Shown: one piece after another, positions 23,969-34,170 of the stretch | How the letters are laid out: each line of letters starts with the position of its first letter | Position numbering within the stretch: the first letter of the stretch is position 1 | NCBI GenBank assembly: GCA_014905635.1 | Contig: JABVCE010000023.1 | Location: 124,001 to 188,000 of the forward strand | DNA from: Scenedesmus sp. PABB004 | Taxonomy: Eukaryota | Direction of reading: 5' to 3' | DNA length: 64,000 nucleotides | Position numbers and translations under genes: made by a program | Notes under the pieces: model-generated | Database searches by the model: none | What the model saw: only the letters and a program-made list of their open reading frames with translations | Told to the model about the DNA's origin: nothing

Positions 23969-26900
23969 TCACCACTCGCTGCGGCGCTGGCCCGGCGACG
24001 GCAGGCCCGCCTGCCAGGGCGCCGCCAGCGCCGCGCCGAGCGCCGCCGGCGAGGCGGGCGCGCTGCCGCCCATCTGCAGCTGCTGCTGCTGCTGCTGCAC
24101 GAGCAGCAGCTGCTGTTGCAGGAGCTGCTGCTGCGCGAGCAGCTGCTGTTGCTGCTGCTGCTGCATGAGCAGGCGCTGGCGCTCCGTCTCCTCCGCCGCC
24201 GCCTGGCGCGCGCGCGCCTCGGCGTGGCGCGCCTGCTCGTCCGCGACCACCCTCTCCCAGCTCAGCCCTGCGTGCTGCCCGCCCGCGTGCCCTGTCAGGC
24301 GCTCGACGATGGCCGCCGCCGCGGCGGCCGCGGGGCCGGTGAGGCCCGGCGCGCCGCCGCCGGCGGCGCCGGCCGCGCCCAGCAGCGCCACGCCGGGCGT
24401 GTCGCAGCCGCCGACGCTCCACGGTGCCTCTGGCGCGCCCACGGCGCTGCCGAGCGAGTTGCCGCCACCCTGGCCGCCCAGCACGGTCCGGATCGCAAGC
24501 GCCGCGATCTGCGCCGCCGCCTCCCGCGCCGCCGCCTCGCTCGCGACCGAGGGCGACGCCGCGCCGCCCGCCGGGCTGCGCGCGCCCGGCGCCGGCGACG
24601 CCGACTGCGACAGCAGCTGCTGCAGCTGCCGCTCCAGCGCCGCCTGCGCGGCGCGCGCGTCGGCCGGCGCCGGCGCGCCGCGCGGGGCCTCCGCGGCGGG
24701 CGCGGCCCCCTTGGGCGCCTGGTGGGCGGTCAGGAAACGGAGGTAGGACTGCCGACTCATCATGTGCAGCGAGCCAGCGGCGGCCACGTCGCTGCCGGTC
24801 GCACGGCGCGGGCTGGCGGCCGCGTCGCTGCCGGTCGCACGGCGCGGGCTGGCGGCCGCGTCGCTGCCGGTCGCACGGCGCGGGCTGGCGCTGCGGGCCG
24901 CCGCCGGGGCGCGCGCGCCGTCAGAGCCGCGGGCCGCTGCCTGGCCCGCCGCCTGGCGCGCGTAGCTGCCGCCCGCGGGCGACGGCCGGGCGCCCGGCGG
25001 CGGCCCCGCATGCCCGCCGCGCTGCGCGCGCGGGACGGCCAGGTCGGCCGTGGTGCGGCGGGCCGCCGCCGGCGCCGTCGCCGCCGCGCCGCCGGCCGGC
25101 CTGGCGAGGCTGGCGCCACGACCGCCGGCGGGCGCCCGGGCGGCGCCGGCCCCCGGCTCGGCGGCGAAGACGGAGTGCGCCGCGGTGCCCGCCGTCTCCT
25201 CGTCCGCCGCCTCGGCCGTGAACTCGCCGCTGCAGGCAAAGCTCTTCTGGCTGGCCAGCCCGCCGCCCCCGGCGGCGCCGTGCCAGGCGACGCCGCCGGC
25301 CTCCGCGCCCCCGTGCTGCGCCTCGGGGGCGCCCGCGCCGGGCGCGGCGCCGTCCGCCAGCATGCCCGCGCGGATGCGGCGGCTGTTGAAGCGCGACGAG
25401 GGGCTGATGAGCACGAGCGGCGCCGGCCGGGGCGCGCCGCCCGCCACGCCGGCGCCGCCGCCGCGCTGCGCCGGGGGCCCGAGCAGCGCGGCGAGGAGCT
25501 TGAAGCTCGAGAACTTGACCACGGCGGCCTTGGGCGACAGCGCGGGGTGGCGGTAGAAGGCGCGGGTGGTCTTGGGCGCGGCGCTCGCGCGCGCGGGCGG
25601 CGCGGCGGCGCCGCCGGCGCGGCGCCGGAAGCTCAGCGAGAGCAGGCCCCGCGGCACGGCAAAGGCGCTCGTGCCGGGGCGGCCGCCGCCCGGGGGCTCG
25701 CGGGCGCGCCGCCGGCGGGGGCGAGGGACGGCAGGTGCAGCACAAAGGGCTGCCCAGGCTTGCGCGGCGGCGCGGCCCGCTGCTGCACGGCGGCCTTGGC
25801 TGCGCGCGCGGCCTGCGCCACGCCGGCCGAGCCCGGGAGCACGCGGGGCGCGCGTGCGGCGCGGCGTCGGCAGCCGCCACGCCGGCGGGCGGGCTGGCCA
25901 GCGCCGCGCAGCCGCCGCCGTCCAGGCTCCTGAGCAGGCTCTCTGCGACGAGGCGCAGCTGCTCCTGCCGCGGGCTGGCACCCACGGCGCAGCTGGGCGC
26001 CGCCGGTCCGTGCTCGGCCGGCGCCGGCGCCCGGCCCCTGGGCGGCGTCGCCGCTCTGCCGCTGTAGCCGCCGCCCGGCCATCCAGCGCTGCCGGGGCTG
26101 GGCCTCGAGCTGCCCGGCGAGCGGGCCGCGCCCGCCGGAGCGCGCCCGGGCGGCGGCGTGCCAGGCGCGGCGCCCGCGCCGCGCGCCGGCCCGCGGACGG
26201 GCGAGGGCGAGCGCGAGCGCATCTGGCGCAGCTGCTCCAGCTGTGCGCGCAGCTGCTGCTGCTGCGCCAGCAGGCGCGCCTCCTCGGCGCGCTGCTTGGA
26301 CAGCACCTGCTCGTGCTGGCTGTGGCGGTGCTCCAGCTGCTGCGCCAGCGTCGTCCAGGACGCCACGCCCGCGCCGCCGCCGAGCCTGCCGCCGCCCGTG
26401 CCGGCCCCGGCGCAGCCCTCCGCCGCGTCCAGCGGCGAGCGCGGCCTGCTGCCGGCCGACGCGCGCGGCGCGTGGCCCGCGGCCTGCGCCCAGCCCGACG
26501 CCGCCTGCTCAGCAGAGCTGGGCTCTGCGGGGCTGGGAAAGGTGAAAACCGCCTGCAGGTCAGGGGACGAGACGCCACCGGCGGCCGCCGACGCCGAGTC
26601 TGCGCCGCGTCGGTGGGCGGCGGCGGCGGCGGGCGGGCGGTCAGGCGGTGGCGCGCCGCGCTCGGGGCGGGCCGGCGCGCAGCGCGCTGCCCAGCCACGC
26701 GCCTGAGGTGCTGCTGCGCATGCGGGAGGCCTGCCGGCTGAAGCGCCGGCCGTGCAGCGCCCGCCGGCTGCCGCCCAGCGCGCGGCCGCTCGCGCCGCCC
26801 AGCGAGGCGCGGGGCGAGGAGGCCTGGGAGTCGATGCCCTCGCTCGCGCGGGCCGCCAGCCCAGCCTGCGCGGCAGGCATGGGCCAGACGAACGCCTGCG

Positions 26901-28402
26901 GCGCGGCAGCCGCGCCCGGGGGCGGCGGCGCCTGCTGCGGCGGGGCGGCGAGGAGGCGTGAGCGTGCCGCGCCGCCATCACTGCCGCGGCTGCGCAGCCC
27001 TCGCCGCGAGGGCAGCTCGCGCGCCTGGCTCACCGCGTGCTGGTGGTGGTGTGCCTTGATGGTGAACCCCGCCCCCGCCCGGGCGACTGCTCCGGCCGGC
27101 CCGCCTTGGCGGCGCCCGGGGCGAGCTCCGCGCCCTTGGGCGCCGGCGCCGGCGCCGGCGGGGCGCCGTCCAGCGCGAGGCCCCAGACCTCGCTGCGCCG
27201 CTCGTCCGCCTGCGGCCGCGCCGGGCCGGGCGGCGGCGCCCCGGCGTTCCGGCCGTCCTCGTCGGCGGCGGAGCCGCGGAAGCAGCAGGCAAACAGCCCC
27301 TTGGGCTTGGCCGGCCTCCGGGCGGCGGCGTGCTGCCCCGGCTGCCTTGGCTGCGGCGACGCGGCCCGGGGCACGTGCTGCTGCTGTTGCTGCTGCTGCT
27401 GCTGTGTGGACGCCGCCGCCGCCCGGCAGGCAGCCTCCTGCCACTGCTGCTCCTGCTGCCACTGCTGCTCCTGCTGCCACTGTTGCTGCTGTTGCCGGGC
27501 TGCCTGCTGCACCAGCAGCTCCTGCTGCGCCAGCAGCTCCTGCTGCGCCGCGACGGCCGCAGGGTCGGCGCCGGGCCGGGGGCCGGGGCTGGCGCGGCCC
27601 GACGGCGGCAGCAGCGGCGTGACCGTCAGGAAGCCGCCGCCGCCCTGCAGCGCCAGCGCCTGCGGCGGCCGGGTCGGGGCGGCTCAGCGCGCGCAGTTGG
27701 CGCTGGCGCTGCCGCGGCGCGCGCGCTCGCTCGGGCCGCGCCGCGCCGCACCCTGTGGTCCGCGGGCGGGCTGCGCGGCGAGAGGCGCGTCGACTCTGCG
27801 GCGCGGGGCGCGTCGCCGTGCGGCACCTGCCACGGCTGCAGGTGGCGCGTCGAGCTCGCGGCCGAGGACGTGCCCTCGCGCGGGCTGCGCGTGTCTGCGG
27901 CCGCGCGGCGCGCGGGCGGCCGTGGGCGGGGCGCGCTGGGCCGCGCCGCGCGCGCGGTCAGCCAGCGGCGGCGGCGCGGCGCGCGCACCGAGCGGCGAGC
28001 GCGCGCCGCTGCGGGGGCTGGCCCTGCCGTCGTCGGGGCTCATGATGCGCGTGAGCGCAAAGGCGCGCGCCAGGTTGGCCTCCGCCAGCGGCGCCGCGTC
28101 GGCGGGCGCCGCCTGCTGCTGCGGCGCGCACCGCGCGCCCCAGTCCCCGGCGAGCGCCGGCTCGCCTGCGGGCGGAGGGCGAGGAGGAGCGTCAACCCCC
28201 CGGGGGAGGAGCGCGGCCTGGCGGGGCCCCCCGGGGCGGGCAGGTGGCGAGCGGCGCGCCGCGCGGCGGCGGCGCGGCGCGCCCGCGGCTCCTCGCCGCG
28301 CGCCGACGCCGCGCTGGCGGCACTCCCGCACCGCGTTACACCCCCGGCGCGCCCCGCCGCACCTGGAGCGTAGCGCTCCGCGAAGCTGGCGGGCTGCAGC
28401 AT
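23969..28402 (-). CDS. Large low-complexity Ser-Pro/Gln-rich protein with coiled-coil patches
   Basis: ATG 28402 (MLQPASFAERYAP); in-frame introns near 28362, 27988, 27751 and 26702 (GC donor). Contains KPKGLFACCF, QQLEHRHSQHEQVLSKQRAEE, ERQRLLMQQQ. Needs three 1-nt corrections at G/C runs to read as one gene. Confidence 0.55.
24779..24886 (-). repeat. Coding tandem repeat, 36 bp x3 (SPRRATGSDAAA)
   Basis: ggcggcc(a/g)cgtcgctgccggtcgcacggcgcgggct three times, one mismatch. Confidence 0.95.
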
Positions 28403-29245
28403 CGCGGCCCCGCGCTGCCGGCCCGAGCGGGCCCCGCGGCCTCAGGCGCGGCGCGGGAGCGGTGTCAGAAGGTCACGCGCGAGCTGTGTGGGGGCCGAGC
28501 AGCACCAGGCGGCGTCGGCCGCGCATGCTGCGGGGGCGCGGGGCGCCGAGCGCGCCAGACGCGAGAGGCTGAGCCGGCGTGTGGCCGGGGGTGTGGCTAT
28601 GAACGCAAGCGGCTCTCGCGCGAGCGGGCGGGGCGTCGCCGCCTCTGCGCCTGGTCGCGGCGGCGGCCGTACAGCCGCGCGCGTTGCCGCCGCGCCCGCC
28701 GTCGCGGCGCCCCGGCCCTCGAGCGTCGCGCCCGCGGGACCGACCTGGCACTGCGAAGCACCGCTCCGAGAGCCAGGCGGACCGGGGCTCGCCCGCGGGG
28801 CCGGCGGCGTGCCGCGCGCGCTGCGCCGGCCGCGCCGGTGCCGCTGCGCCGCCGGAGCTGCAAGGGCATCAAGGATCGTCCTGCGAGCTCCTTGCGCGCT
28901 GTTTCTCGATCCATTGGGATGGTGTTGTTACAAACTAACGGCCACAGACCCTAAGCGCCGCCCTTTAGCCGCCCCTCGCTCGCCCGAGCACGCCTCCCTC
29001 ACTCCCTCCCCGCGCAGCGCCTGTACGGGCGGTGCCGAGCCCGCACCGCGCCAGCAGCAGCCCGCCGGCCTCACAGCCCTCGGCAGCGCGCGCCCGGGCG
29101 CGGAGCGGCCCCGCCCGCGCACCCCCGTGGTGCCCCCGCGATCCCGCGCCCGTGCGCGCGGCGGCGCGGCGCGGTGGCACCGTGCGGCGGCGCGGCGGCG
29201 CGGACCGAGCAGCGCGCTGCTGCGCGGCGGCGCACAACAACGGCG

Positions 29246-30748
29246 ATGCAGGCCGCCGCCACGTTGCCCTACTGGGCGGGCGGGGCGTGGGCGGGCGTCA
29301 ACCTGGGCGCTGTGTACGCCCTATGGACCGCCGCGCGCGCCGTGCCGGGCCTCGCCTGGCTCGCGCGGCTGCTGCGCCCGTTCCTCCCGCCCGAGGCCGC
29401 CGCGCCGCCGTCCCTGCGGCCGGCCGCCGGGCGCAGCGGGCGCGGCAGCAGCTGCGGCGGCGGCGGGCGGCCGCCGCAGGGCCTGCCGGCGCTCGCGCCG
29501 CCGCCGGCGCGCAAGCCGACGACGGGCGTCGTGGTGGCGCGCATCCGGCAGGAGCTGGCGGCGGCGGCAGCGGCAGCGGCAGCGGCGGCCGCGGCGCAGC
29601 CGGGCGCCCAGCCGCAGCAGCGGCCACCGTCGGGGCGCGCCAGCCCCGGGACGCGCCCCCGCCCGCCGCGGCGGTCGCCGTGGCGGGCGACCCCGCCGCG
29701 GCCGCGCCGGCGGGTGCGGCGGCGCAGGGCCTGGAGGAGGCGCTGGCGTCGCTGCGGGGGCAGCTGGCGAGCTTCCCCGTCGACAGCCTGTCGCCCGGCT
29801 CCACCGCCACGGCGCTGTCGCTGCTGAGCGCGCTGCCGCCGGGCGGCCACGCGGACTACGACGCCCCGGCGGCGGAGGGCAGCGGCGGCTACCTCTCGCC
29901 GGTGAGCGCCCGCCCCCGCCTGGGCTGCCGCGGCGGCGTGCGTGGTGGGGCGCCCGTTTGTGGCGGCAGCGGCCGCAGCGGGCCGCCGCGCCGCCCCACA
30001 TCGCCGCCCCGCCCCGCCCCGCCCGCAGCAGGAGGCGCTGGAGGGCGAGCTGGACATCACGCTGCCGCGCCCCGCCGCCGCCGCCGGCGCGTCACCCGGC
30101 TCGCCGGCGCGGCCGGGCCGCGCAGCGGGGGCGGCGGCCAAGCTCCCGCGCAGCCCCGCGCGCGGCTCGCCGGGAGGCGGCAGCCCGCGCCGGCGCGGCG
30201 CCGCCGCCGCGGCTGGTGCCGACGTGGTCCCGCTGAACGACCGCGCGCTGGCGGAGCTCAACCGCCGCAACGACGCCGCGGGCAGCCCGCGGGCGGCTTA
30301 CGCGATCGGGCTGCCGGCCCAGCGCGCCGTCGTGGTGACGCAGCGCGGGCACGGCGGCGGCAGCACGAGCAGCGTCGCGGGCAGCGCGTGCAGCAGCCCC
30401 GGGCGCGCGCAGGCGGCGCCCGCCGCGGCGTCGGGCGCGCCGCGCGCGTGGGAGCAGCGCCAGGCGGCGCTGCAGGCGGCTCTCGCCGCCGAGCCCAGCG
30501 GTGAGGCCGCGCCGCCCGTTGGCGGCACGCGCGCGCGGCTGGCGGACGTGTTCCGCCGGCGCACCACCAGCAGCGCCAGCAGCGGCGGCGGCGCGCCGCC
30601 CGCGCCGCCCGCGCCCGAGAGCGAGGCCAGCGTCAGCACCGTGCGCACGAGCGACAGCGCGGGGACCGTGGAGCGCAAGAAGAAGCGCGGCCTGTTCACG
30701 GCGCTCAAGGCCAAGGCCGGCGTCAAGGGCCGCCAGCAGCTGCGCTGA
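29246..30748 (+). CDS. Hypothetical protein with hydrophobic N-terminus and basic amphipathic C-terminus
   Basis: MQAAATLPYWAGGAWAGVNLGAVYALWTAA; GT-AG intron ~29902-30028; ends KKKRGLFTALKAKAGVKGRQQLR*; frame change near 29644-29650. Confidence 0.6.
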
Positions 30749-31315
30749 GCGGCGGCGGCGGCCGGGGCCGAGGAACGCGCGCCGCGCTGCGTGCGGGGGA
30801 GCGAGCCGGCGAGTCCGAGTGCCTTGCGTGTTTTAGCTGTACCTTGCGCGCACGCGCCCTCTGTGTGTGTGTCTGTCTCTGTTCACCAACCGCGCGTCCA
30901 TCGCGCGCTTGTGCTTGCTTGACCGCAACGTGCAGCACCGACCTGCTTGACCAGAGTGTGTGCGGCCGCAGGCGGCGGCGGGATTGCCGCGCGCCACCGT
31001 AATAAATTCGACCGCCCGCTCAGCGTCGTCCTCAGCTGGCGGCGCGACCGGAGGGCGTGCGGCTGCGCGGCTGCGCGACGCTTCGACTGCCGGACTTCGC
31101 CGGTGCCAGCCGCTGCTTTTTGGGGTTCCGCGCCTCCCTCCCGCAGCTGTCCGGCCATTCACACGGCCCTTCACGGCGCTTGCTCGCACCGACGAGCGCG
31201 GGCGCCGCTGTTGCGCCGCTGCGCCGCGGCTCGCGCTGCGGCCGGCCGAGCAGCTGCTCCAGCCCCCTGGCCCGCTCGCGCAACAGTGCCGTGCAGCGCT
31301 CTGCCCCCCGCGGTG

Positions 31316-33732
31316 ATGGCCGCCCCCGCGGCGCCGGCGCGGCCGCCCGCCAGCAGCGCGTGCGGCGGCGCGCGGCCGCCCGGCATCCTGCGCACGCCGC
31401 GCGGCCCGGCCGACGCGGCCAGCCTCAGCTGCCCCGGCGGGTTCTTCCTGCCCCTGGAGCGGCAGGCCGACGAGCCGGCGCCGGCCGGCGCTGGGGGCGG
31501 CGGGCCAGAGACCGCGCAGGCGGCGTGCGCGGACCCGGCGCCAGCGGCGCGCAAGCGCGCGCTTTTCATCGACCCCGTCTGCCAGGCATCTGAGGAGGGC
31601 GGCGGCGCGCCGACGTTCTCCATGTACGGCCCCGACACCGCCAGCGCCGGCGCCGGCGCCGGCCAGCCCAGCCGCGCGCCGGCCGGCCAGACCAGCCGCG
31701 CGCGGCTGCTCGCGGCGGCGGTCGCGGCGGAGCGGGGCGCGAGCCCCCGCAGCTGCGCGAGCCCCCGCAGCTGCGCGAGCCCCCGCAGCTGCGCGAGCCC
31801 CCGCAGCTGCAGGCCGCAGCTCGGCTGCAGCAGCGGCTGGGACGACGGCAGCGGCGCAGCCCCGCCCGGAGGCGGCGGCGCCGAGGGGCGCGGCAGCGGG
31901 GCGCTGCCGGAGCCGCCCGTCGCTGCCGGGAGCTGGTCGGAGGACGCGGGGCCGAGCTGCAGCAGCAGCGGGCTGGGCGCCAGTCAACACGGCGGCAGCG
32001 GCGGCGGCCACGGCCGCGGCAGTGGCGGCGGCAGCAGCAGCGGCGGCGGCAGCAGCAGCGGCGGCGGCGCGGCCAAGCACTACTACGGTGCTTGGTACCT
32101 GCGGGCCAACGAATGGGGCAGCTGCGCGAGCGCCAACCCCAAGGGCAGCACCTGGTGAGCTTCAGAGGGCGTGGTGGCCAGCTCGGGCCGCACTTGTGCA
32201 ACCAGCGGGGGCCCGCACGCACGCGCAGCTCCTGGCATGCTCACCCACCGCCGCCACCGCCGCTGCAGGCAGCGGCAATCGCTGCAGCTGGAGGGGGTGG
32301 AGCAGCAGCAGCGGTTTGCGCAGCAGGTGGACCAGCTGGTCGAGGCCAGCAGCTGTGGCAGCCCCGGTGCAGGTGCCGGCGGCGTGGCGGTCGCTGCAGC
32401 GCCGGCGCCTGTGGGGCCGAGCACGCCCGGCACGCTGCGGCAGGCCGCGGCGGCGCTGGGCGAGCTGCCGGGCCTGCTGGCCGCGAGCCGCGCCTGGGCG
32501 GGCAGCCTGGCGGGCAGCGGCGCGGCGGACGCGCAGGCCGCGGCCGCTGTCGCGGCGCACTGCCGCCAGCTGGCCGCCGTGGGGCGGCAGCAGGCGGCGG
32601 TCAACGCGCGAGTCAAGGGAAGCTACGGCCTGTGGGCATACAAAGGTGACCGACCGCTCGCAAGACTCGCGGCGCGGCGGCAGCGACCGGCCCCGGCCGC
32701 CCACCCGCCGCCACCGCCGCTGCCGCTCTGTACGTTGCCGCCGGCGCCGCAGAGTTCATGCGCAGCAAAGGCTTCCGCCAGGCGGCCTCGCTGCGCCGGC
32801 TGCCGACGCCGACGCCCGAGGAGGTGCGGCTGGCGGAGATGCGGCAGAGCCAGGCCAAGCAGCAGCAGGCCCAGCAGCTCAGCCGCGGGCGGCGGCAGCA
32901 GGGCGGCCGGGCTTCCGAGCAGGGCGCCGCCAGCAGCAGCGGAGGTGCAGGGCAGGGCCAGCGACGCCCCTCGCTGCCGCCCCAGCCGCCGCTGCAGCCG
33001 CAGGAGCAGCAGCTGCAGGATCAGCAGCAGCAAGGGCCTGCTGAGGCGCCGGCGGGCGCCGGCGGCGGCGGCGCAGCGGCGCGGCGCGCCGCCGTCGTGC
33101 CGCGGCTGGACCTCGCTGCCGTGGGCGGCGCGGCGCAGCAGCTGGCCGAGCTGCGGCGCGCGTGCCGCGCAAAGGCGGGGCTCGGCGGCGAGGACTGGCA
33201 GCTGCTGGAGGCGCTGCTCACGGGCGGCCGCAGCGGCCTGCGCTCGGCCGCCGCGAGCCGCCGCGGCGGCAGCGCCAGCGCGCGCGCCGGCAGCCCCGCG
33301 CGCGGCGGCGACGGTGGAGGCGGCCACGGGTCCGCCGGCGCGGGCGCGGCGCCGCTGCCGCTGGCGGCGCGCGCGGCGGCGGCGCTCGCGGGCGCCCGCG
33401 GCGCCGGCGCGCGAGGGGGCGGCCCGCCGCCGGAGGGCTGGGACGCGGTCGGCCTCGCAGACGCGCGTCCCGCGGGGGAGCGGGCCGCGCCCGCGGTGCC
33501 GCGCCTGGGCCTGCGCTCGCCGCGCCGGGACGGCGGCCGCTCGCCGTCGCCGCCGGCGCGCAGCGCGCGCGCGTGGCCCGGCGGCGCGTGGGCGAGCGCC
33601 CTCGTCGAGCCGGTGCAGGCGCGCGTGCCCTACACGCTGACCAGCGCGCGCAGCGCTCGGTCCGGCGGCGGCGGCGGTGGCGGCTCGCCGCGGCGGGCGG
33701 CGTCGCCGCGGGTGGGATCGCCGCGGCGGTGA
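31316..33732 (+). CDS. Hypothetical low-complexity protein with short aromatic motifs
   Basis: Exons 31316-32154, 32269-32645, 32753-33732 join in frame; motifs KHYYGAWYLRANEW and VKGSYGLWAYKEFMRSKGFR. Confidence 0.7.
31739..31810 (+). repeat. Coding tandem repeat, 18 bp x4 (ASPRSC)
   Basis: gcgagcccccgcagctgc, four perfect copies. Confidence 0.95.
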
Positions 33733-34170
33733 TGGCGCAGGTCAACGCGCACGCGCTCGGCGGGCGGCGCCGCTCACCGGCGCGGCACAGCCACGCACGC
33801 CGGTGCCAGGTCGTTGCGGCGTGATGCGTTGGAGGCGGTGCGCCCGGTTGTGCGCTGCTGCGGGCTGCGTGGCGCGCGTGGCCCGCGGAACGCATCGTGG
33901 TCACGCTGCTGCCGCGCGCGCGCGCCCGCGCGCCGGCTCAGCGCGGCGTCGGTGAATTCGCGGCCCGCTGGCGCACCCGCGACCGCCCACGTCGCGGCCC
34001 GGCGTCGCGCAACGCTTGAATTGCTGCACCTCGCGCCGGACCACAGCGCGCGCCAGCGCTGCTCTCTCTCCCCGGCCGCCCGCGGCGCCGCGCCCACCTT
34101 TGCAGCGCGACGCAGCCCCCCTCGCTGCGCCCCTCCCCCTCGCGCGAGCCCGCCGCCGACGCCAGGCACC

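Noticed and set aside
24779..24886. 36-bp repeats as a CRISPR array
   Set aside because: Head-to-tail with no spacers, in coding frame, no cas genes, eukaryotic context.
27895..27988. Apparent frameshift in the low-complexity gene
   Set aside because: Explained by a normal intron: G|GTGCGC donor, GCTGAC branch point, CCGCAG| acceptor, frame preserved.
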